Assembly: GCF_009914755.1 (NCBI RefSeq)
Contig: NC_060945.1
Source: the human T2T-CHM13v2.0 reference genome, Homo sapiens
Direction: 5' to 3' (one strand)
DNA: 64,000 bases
In this document: positions 54,561-64,000 of the stretch, in pieces
How the letters are laid out: every line of letters begins with the position of its first letter
Numbering within the stretch: position 1 is the stretch's first letter
The notes under the pieces: model-generated
Seen by the model: only the letters and a program-made list of their open reading frames with translations
What the model was told of the DNA's origin: nothing
Database searches by the model: none
Made by a program: the position numbers and the translations under genes

Positions 54561-55064
54561 TGGCTCTTGACCCAGCACTGTACAGGCAAGAAGACATTCT
54601 TGATAGTCATTATGCTTTACTTCTAAGAGAAAAACATGTGGTTAAACTACCAATGTCTTGAGGTGTTCAGGATACCAATGTACAAATCCTACCATTCTTT
54701 TTAGGCAGGAAGAAGTCCCTTGGTCTATGAAGAATGCTCTGTAGCATGCATATACCCACCGGTATGTTTTGACATTGCTTAAAAATGAGTCCTGCATAGA
54801 ATATCCTGGTTATGTCCCATACTGCTTACATTCTTTTCACATGGAATGAAATAATTTTCTTGGTCTCTGCCCTGGATTCAAATGCATTATAGACAATCAT
54901 AAAAACAAACTGAAATTGAGGCCCAAGAGAAAAATATCAGACGAAGTATCAAATGATACCTAGCATATATTGTGCTCTTATTATGTGCCAAACAGTCCAC
55001 TAAGCATTTAATTGGAATCATGCCATTTAGTTGTCATAATCATCCAATGACTTTAATATTATTA

Positions 55065-55427
<363 letters not shown>

Positions 55428-56318
55428 TTAATTCATCCCAGAGCACATAGCTTTTAATACACAGAATTTGGAATTGAGTAAGATCTAGTCATACTATAAG
55501 ATTCATGTCCTTTTCCTTACACTAAATTTTCTACCAAGGTTTATATAATTATGGCATTCCATATTCCAATATCAAAAGTCTTTTTGTACCTGAGTCCACA
55601 TAATTTCTTTCTATGAGGAGCTCTAATATGCTCCATGTTGAGTTAGATTAAATACTGGCTCCTTCTTCAGCTAGCTTCTCTTTCTAGCAGTGGTCAAGCT
55701 CAGCCTGGAAAGCTAATGTCTAGAATGATGAACAGAGTAGATGGGAAAGTGAAACTTAACATCACGTCCCTCTTTCCTGGCATTCCCCTGCTCCACAACA
55801 CATACCACACATAGCCCGTTTTCGCCAAAGTCCTGTTTTCTCAGCAAGCTACACCCAGTAAAATAATATATACTTGGAAGGCACATGGAATGGGTAGGTT
55901 TTCCCTCTTGTCTTTAGAAACAGTGGTCCAAATGAATTGAGCTTTTTCTGGGCAACCCAGTTGGCATTGCAATAGTAAAAATCCTTATTGTGAATGAACT
56001 TGATCTATGTTCACATGATTGGCTGTGACTAGAATGCTGAGAAGCTGCCACGAGATAAATTCTGTCTTTACTGTTGCCAATGCTGTGTTACTGCCATCAG
56101 TGCTGTGGACAGAAGCTTTATGTCAATGTTGTTTGCTTCAGGGATGTTCTGCTATTGAGGCTGCCAAAGGCTCTGAGTACTATTGATGGTATTGAATAGT
56201 GTTTGGCCTCTCTCAGACTTCCGTCAATCCTATCCCTCTACAGAGCACCTGTGTATGTGGTGGTTTACAGATTTTAGGCTTAAGTCTTCCTCTTTGAGAT
56301 GGCCTGTGTCTATCCCAC

Positions 56319-56386
56319 TGTATTATTCAGGGCTACATAGAGAAACAGAACCAATAAAATAGATAGATAGATGATAGATGATAGAT

Positions 56387-56424
<38 letters not shown>

Positions 56425-56480
56425 CAGACTATATATAATATATATTTATCTCACTGTATATATGTGTGTGTATATATATG

Positions 56481-56528
<48 letters not shown>

Positions 56529-56967
56529 AAGAGAGAGAGAGAGTGAGTGATTTATCACGAAGGATTGGCTCACACAATTATGGAGGCTAAGAAATCTCAT
56601 GATGTGTCACCTGCAACCTGGAAACTCAAGGAAACCAGTGATATAATTCCAGTCCAAATGTGAAGATCTGAGAACCAGGGGAGCCAATGGTATAAATCCA
56701 GTCCAAGGGCAGGAGAAACCCAATGTCTCTGCTCAAGTAGGCTTGCAGGAAACATAAACGGGCACATTTCTCCTTCCCCGACCATTTGTTTTATTTAGGC
56801 CCTCAATGGACTGAACGATTCCCATCCACATTGGAGAGGGCCATCTACTGAGCACACTGATTTAAATGCTTATCTCCCTTGAACACTCTCACAGACACAC
56901 TCAGAAATAATGCTTAATCTGGGCAGCCCTTGGCTCAATCATGTTGATACATAGAATTACCATGGCA
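56319..56967 (-). mobile_element. ERVL solo LTR (MLT2) containing (GATA)n and (TG)n tracts
   Basis: tgtattattcaggg...agaaacagaaccaata...ctcacagacacactcagaaataatg; 5-bp TSD CCCAC. Confidence 0.88.
56360..56542 (+). repeat. Compound microsatellite (GATA)n / TA-rich / (TG)n / (GA)n
   Basis: Direct inspection. Confidence 0.95.
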
Positions 56968-57500
56968 CCCACCCTCAGAACTAACTGGTAAATTATCAGT
57001 AGCATTAGGTTTGCCATAGATTCAGAGATACTTGCCAATTTACTTCAACTAGACAGCGTTTAAGTTTCTTAATTTTCTCCCTTAGTAGATGATGCTGCCT
57101 GCATCTTCCAAAATACAAAACAGCTAATCTCTCTTTTGTTGGATGACTAGCTTTCCTAATCTCTCATGGATTTCTGGGTTTATTTACAAATCCCCACTAC
57201 CTCCCCCATACCAAGTCTCTGAGCTAGCTGAGTTGCTAAATATGCTATATACATGGTAATTTTTTAAGCCTTACACTTTCAATTTATTAACTTATTAAGG
57301 CTCACAGTAGCCCTATTATTATCCTTCACTTTTGAAGTTGAAGAAACTGAGGTGGTTAAATAACTTGCACACAGTCACACAGTTGGAACTTAAACAGCCA
57401 TCACTAAGCAAAGCTAAGATTCCAGCTCAAGGAAATCCATATTCAGAGTTCATGCTCTCAACCACTACCTTATTTTGCCCTGAAAAAATGTGAGATCCAA

Positions 57501-57830
<330 letters not shown>

Positions 57831-58830
57831 TCAGAATAGCTAAGCTACCTAAATAAAATTAATCAATTTCAAACATCTGACTCTATGGTCTTATGATGTT
57901 CATATGAGTATATTTTCCATCTTCTGTTGACTACCACCATGAGTTATTCTTTTCTGGTTCACACTATAAAAATTATAACAAGAGGATATGTTCTCTTTTC
58001 TTCTAAATATTTATACTATTTTCATTAGGTAACAAACGAAGAAACAAAAAGCCTGTAACATAACACCTGCAAAAGGATTGAATAAAAATAATAGTGTGAC
58101 AAGTCCAAATTTTGCTTCCAAAGAAAGCAAATTTATTTAATACAAAGAATATTTTCCAAACTCAAAAAATACTTAAGAAATAATGAAAACAGGAAAAAAA
58201 CAAACAACCAAAAAAACAACGGGAACGAAATGAAGTGAAGATTCTAAACTTCAATTCATTCTATTTAAAGGCTTCTGGTTGCTACGTGGTTATAAAGCCC
58301 ATGGAGGTGAAATTCAAAATTACCTTGCTCTATTCGAACAATAGACTTAATCTTCTAGTTAATTTGAGAATGTTGTGATTCAATGGCTAAAATAACAGAT
58401 GGCCAGTGAGTAGGCCTGGATTTTAGTTGTGGTTCTGATGTTATTAACTACTTGGGCAACCTCTGATAGAGTTGAACCTATCGTAATTCACAGGACTAGG
58501 TAGGCTTTTAGGTTTGGTTCCAATATTTTATGAATTTCTGAGACTAGTAGCACATTACTTAATAAACCAGATCCAATGCTAAGTATTTCCAAAGAAAACA
58601 ACTTGCAGTTAAAGTGTGATGTTTCCTTTAAGTATTCATGTTATTTCCTGGCTACAGCTCTTATTGCTTAATAACAAATCGTATCCTACTGCTCTAAAAT
58701 AGCTAGCATGCTTTCCAACCCCAGATTACCACTAGACATACCCAAAAGAAAAACAAGAAAAAAAATCTTGTCTTTGGAGACAGTAGTAAAATAAGACATG
58801 TTCATTTACTAACAAACACACACAACATTT

Positions 58831-58836
58831 TTTATT
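58831..58836 (-). terminator. Probable polyadenylation signal of KRTAP27-1
   Basis: AATAAA on minus, 80 bp after the stop. Confidence 0.6.
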
Positions 58837-58915
58837 TAAAGAAATACAAAATATCTAAGTATCTCAAAAATAAATTCATCCAAATGAGAATATAAGCCAT
58901 CTCCCCTACAGATCT

Positions 58916-59539
58916 TCACTTACTAGGCAATTGAGAACCACCAGTAACACAGCAAGTTGGTTCAACTCCTGGAGAAGATTCCAGGAGTTGTGGCTCAGGT
59001 GCAACATTGACCAGAGGTCTACAGGAACTGGATTCAGGGTTCTGAGACTGACACTGACATTGGCTAGATGCACGTTCCAGAGTTTCGAAATTTTTAGACT
59101 TAGAAGTCTTGGGTGGGCAACTGTTTCCCTTGAGGCTTGCAGGTTGGCAGCTCTGGGCTACAAAACCCATCTGCTGAGTGCTTTCTGATTGGCAAGGCTG
59201 AGAAACACAAGCCAGCCCTGCTGAAGAACTTTCTGATTGGCACGCTGTCCTTTCGCAGGGCCTGGAATTGGAGTAAGTAGTTTGGACAACTCCGGGGAAG
59301 CAGTTACTTTGCACACAGCTATCGTCTGTGAATAAGTCCTGTTCACAATTGGTCATTTGGCAGCTGGTGGTTTCATTGCAGGTTTCTTGAAAGTTGTCCA
59401 GGAAACAGGTTCTGCTATGGAAGCTGCTGGGCAAACACAATCTGTCTTCAAAGGTTATAGGATTAGTGCCATGTGTGATGGCAGAGAGTGGTGGGGCATT
59501 GTGGAAGCTCCTGAGTGAATGGCAGTGGCTATGAGGCAT
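58916..59539 (-). CDS. KRTAP27-1: Keratin-associated protein 27-1 (207 aa, single exon)
   Basis: MPHSHCHSLRSFHNAPPLSAITHG...LCLPSSFHSRTCFLDNFQETCNETTSCQ..., an intact PMG core with an S/Q/C-rich tail (CQSESS, PCQSEST). Confidence 0.96.
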   Translation of the reverse strand: MPHSHCHSLRSFHNAPPLSAITHGTNPITFEDRLCLPSSFHSRTCFLDNFQETCNETTSCQMTNCEQDLFTDDSCVQSNCFPGVVQTTYSNSRPCERTACQSESSSAGLACVSQPCQSESTQQMGFVAQSCQPASLKGNSCPPKTSKSKNFETLERASSQCQCQSQNPESSSCRPLVNVAPEPQLLESSPGVEPTCCVTGGSQLPSK

Positions 59540-59615
59540 ATTGCTAAAAATCCTTAAAGATGGTCATAAGGACTCAACATGCTGAGTTTGAAAATTAAAT
59601 TCTTTGGTGCGGCGA

Positions 59616-59642
59616 TTATATACTCAGAAACCTGGGTGTTGG
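59616..59642 (-). promoter_or_regulatory. TATA box plus CACCC element of KRTAP27-1
   Basis: TATATAA at 59616-59622 and CCAACACCCAG at 59632-59642; TTTTGAAGA (HK1-like) at 59762-59770; AP-1 TGACTCA at 59795-59801. Confidence 0.7.
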
Positions 59643-60992
59643 CTTCTCAAGACTTCTTTGCAACTCATTGCTTAAACTAATTTGAAGGATAACATCTCAT
59701 TACCACTTTGGTTATATATGCAGATGATGTCTTATTAACAAAGATGTAAGTCCATTTTGAATCTTCAAAATGGCTTTTATGTTAGCTCCAAAGATGACTC
59801 ATTCAAGGTGGGGTTGGTCAAATAAGAGTCTAAACCTGTCCAACCAAGCTAACATTTTTTTTTTTTTTTGCCACCATGACTCTGCACATTGGTAAGTGGA
59901 CAATGAGAAATGCATGAGGCAGTGGCCAACTGAATACTGATTAACATTTAGCACTGGTTTTGAGAGCTGCCAATGTAGCAGAATGTGGTAATTTGATGTT
60001 CAAGACATTTAAAGTTAGAATTGGATCCAGGTTGAGCCCAATCTCATTCCACTCAGATATTGTTCTCTCCAGTGGACCAGAATGTGAGAGGACTTTGTGA
60101 TCACATTCCTTCTCAGTGTTCATGCAAAGTACTGAGTGTGGCCATTGCCCAATAAATACTTGTCTTTTGCCTAACATTTCGTTTCCCTAATCTCCTTGAA
60201 AGCCAAGTTTAAATGCGTCCTTTTCCTGAAGTCTTCCCCAATCTTCCCATTTAGGAGTTATTTCTTCCTTTTCTGAATTACTAATGGATTTAATTCCTTT
60301 TTTCTATACTTGACAAAGTGGTGTGTTTACTTGTGTTTGTGCTTCTCAAAGGTTGATTATTTTCCTTTATAATGAACCTTCTTCAGATATTTTTCATCTT
60401 TATTCTGTGCTTTTTTTATTGACTGCAGACAGATGATCAGTTCCTATGTTTATCGCATTAGGACACCGTTCTTAGCATAGTTTCATACTCATGGCACAGA
60501 GCCAACCAGCACAATTTCTATAACATATTCTATAATATATTTGGCTCAGCTAATGACAATAAAATAGAAGTATAGTCTTAGTGCACTAACTAGACTCCCT
60601 TTCTAAGGTCTGAAGAAGCCCAAGAACATTCAGCAATTCTCAGTAATTCTTATGCAAACACTTCCTTGAAAGACTGAGGATATTATAAATTTAAAAGGGC
60701 ACATCTGAATACTTTCAGCTTTATAGGCTGCACACTCATCTTGTATACAATACCTTTGTAACACACGCAAGTCATTTATAATTTTGAATAACCACACTTG
60801 TATGTTTAAAGATCTCAGTGTGCCCTCCACATGAACCCTACAGCCACCCATTTAATTCTTACGCATATATGTATTTATTATTGCACGGAGGCTTCGTTAT
60901 TGCACAGAGGCTTCATTATAGCTTGTGACTTTCTTGCTTAAAGATACCAAATGGCTTCTCATTGTCCTTACAATAAGATCTTTTTCCTTTAG

Positions 60993-61538
<546 letters not shown>

Positions 61539-62072
61539 TAGTTCTCATCTTTTGTGTCTTAGCTTAAGAGTTACTTCTTAGAATGTCTCTCTATCATCCT
61601 ATATGAGAAAATTCCATTATCAGGGTCTCATATTTTTTCATTTTTAAAACTCATCTTAACTTATGATGATTTTATTTATTTCTCTTTTGTGCTTTTGCCA
61701 CTAATTGTGAATTCCATGAAGAGGAGAAGCATGTGTATCTTCCTCACTTCCATAACCCCAACACTGAGCATGGTGTCTCATTGCCATATCATCAGATTCC
61801 CATAAATGTATCTTCAAAAATTCATACATAGAAGGTGCTAAGTAAAAATTTAATTATAACTAAACATCTGAAGAAATATAGTTTTGAAATTTTGACATTT
61901 CCAAGATTTCTAAGAATTGGCAAGAGTATTGAGCTCAAAGAAAAACAAATTTAAAAACTATGCCTATCTTTCAGCTACCCCTTTGTTTAATAAGAACAAA
62001 ATCATTAAGAAAGCTACTTATTACCATGGCACAAACTTATTCAATTATTTCAAAATCATGTTTATTTGTAGG

Positions 62073-62376
62073 TTTTTTTTTTCTTTTTTTTTTTAGACGG
62101 AGTCTTGCTTTGTCACTCAGGCTGGAGTACAGTGGTGTGATCTTGGCTCACTGCAACCTCTGTCTCCTAGGTTCAAGCCATTCTCCTGCCTCAGCCTCCC
62201 AAGTAGCTAGGATTACAGGTGTGTACCACCACACCTGGCTAATTTTTGTATTTTTAGTAGAGACGGGATTTCACCATGTTGGCCAGGCTCATCTCGAACT
62301 CCTGACCTCAGGTGATCCCCCCCGCCATGGACTCCAAAAGTGCTGGGATTACAGGCGTGAGCCACTGTGCCTGGCC
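62073..62376 (-). mobile_element. Alu (AluS)
   Basis: Full-length Alu, tgtaggt on both flanks. Confidence 0.95.
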
Positions 62377-63607
62377 ATGTAGGTATGTTTTTACCATGAA
62401 AATGGGAGCCAGTTCTCAATACCGACACAGAGTCCTCTTGCCAAATTGTATAGGTATAGGCAGGACATCATATAGGCTGGAATTTACAGAACTGTCTCCA
62501 GCCAGCAGCCTTCTTATTAATTTCACAATGTGCAGCCAATTACTGAGTACTTGGGCAGTCCCTTCAAATTTCATATGGTGATGTTAAGTCTGTCATTTGT
62601 GAATAAGGTCACTCCATGAGTTATTTTCTCTTTGGAATGAGGCATTTGCACATTTTATTTAAGTGAGAGCCAAATTAATAAGTGTTTCAGTATATAATTT
62701 TGATTCAGTGAGTAAACACAGATTTTGGTTGTTGCTGGATTTATAGAGGAAGTTACCTGGTTTATTACTATGGAATGACGTAGGCTAGGACAACTGGTCA
62801 CCTTGGAATTGTTTACATGCAGCCTACTAAAAACTAAGTATTAGCTTTGTAAGCATTTGAAAAATTATGACTATGTAGTTTATCTGCTGGTATTCTTGAG
62901 AAATAGATAGAACTGGTTACCTAATTGCATACAGTAACTGGATACTCTTGCTACTAAAGGGGTGAACAATTCCCTGGTCTCTCCTGGACTTGAAATCATT
63001 CTCCTGGAATGACTGCAGCTGCAGTGGCACCTCCTAACCACCAGAGGGTGGAATATCAACATTTGGTATGAGGATGCAATTAAATATAAGAATTCTAGAG
63101 TGAGAATGCCAGGATTCTAAGCCAATATTTACAATCTCAAACTGTAACTTTGAACAGGTTCCATAAGTTTTCTATGTCATGGCTGTTTCATTAAAATAAA
63201 TGAGATATTGTATATGGTACCAGATTGCCTGCCACATATTGAATGATAAATAATAACAATTATTACTGATCAGGTTAGGAATCTTCATGCAGACTAAGAC
63301 GCTTCTCATTATAACATCAATCTAGGATTGATATAAAATTATAAGCAAAAACAAGCACAGTTTTTTTATGTTTATGATTATGTTGTTGATTTATAATTAT
63401 GTGTTAATTTTCACATTCCATTCCTTTAAAGGTTGGATTATACTTATTCCCATTAATGATGGAACTTGTCTCCATCTCTCAAGAGCTCAGCATTTGGTAG
63501 TTGTAACATTGAATAATTTATATGTCTTTTATATTTGATCATATGGCTATACTAAACTTCTTAATCACTTGTTTAGAAACATTGAAGTGAAATGAAATAA
63601 AATAACC

Positions 63608-63905
63608 ATTTTTTTTTTTTTTTTAGAGGCAGGGTCTTACTCTGTAGCCCAGGTTGGAGTGCAGTGGCGTGATCACAATTTGCAACCTCAAACTCCTGGA
63701 TTCAAGCAATCCTCCTACCTTGGTTTTCTGAATAGCTAGGACTACAGGCTCACACCACAACACTTGACTATTTTAAATTATTTTGTAGAGACAGGGGTTT
63801 CACTGTGCTGCCCAGGCTGGTTTTGAACCCCTGGCCTCAAGTGATCCTCCTGCCTCGCCCTCTCAAATTGCTGGGATTACAGGCATGAGCCACCATGCTT
63901 GGGCC
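63608..63905 (-). mobile_element. AluJ
   Basis: agggtcttactctg, ggcctcaagtgatcctcctgcctc (J-type). Confidence 0.92.
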
Positions 63906-64000
63906 TAGTCACTCTCTTCATCCCAGTGGTCCCACAATTTATTTACCTCATCCTTGTCTTAGTTTTATCTCATCAACCAAACTTATACCAAATGACATAA

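Overview
AT-rich primate (almost certainly human, chr21q22.11) genomic DNA from the start of the keratin-associated protein (KRTAP) cluster. It carries four recognisable single-exon hair-follicle genes, all on the minus strand: KRTAP24-1, KRTAP25-1, KRTAP26-1 and KRTAP27-1. They sit among Alu, L1, MIR, MaLR/ERVL LTR and Tigger repeats. Hand translation of the minus strand shows a head-to-tail array of seven related PMG-type KRTAP loci, with starts near 4.8, 11.7, 19.7, 29.2, 41.9, 51.5 and 59.5 kb. Three loci are decayed pseudogenes that the ORF track misses. The 102-aa KRTAP25-1 frame looks like the C-terminal remnant of a longer gene whose N-terminal half is broken by two stops and a frameshift. 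Other oddities: a 201-bp inverted repeat at the 3' end of one pseudogene, a local sequence copied into the middle of a MIR, and a promoter layout (TATA, CACCC, LEF1/HK1) shared by live and dead paralogues. Repeat subfamily calls are from recognition only and their coordinates are approximate. I see no prokaryotic-type systems, CRISPR arrays, tRNA or rRNA.
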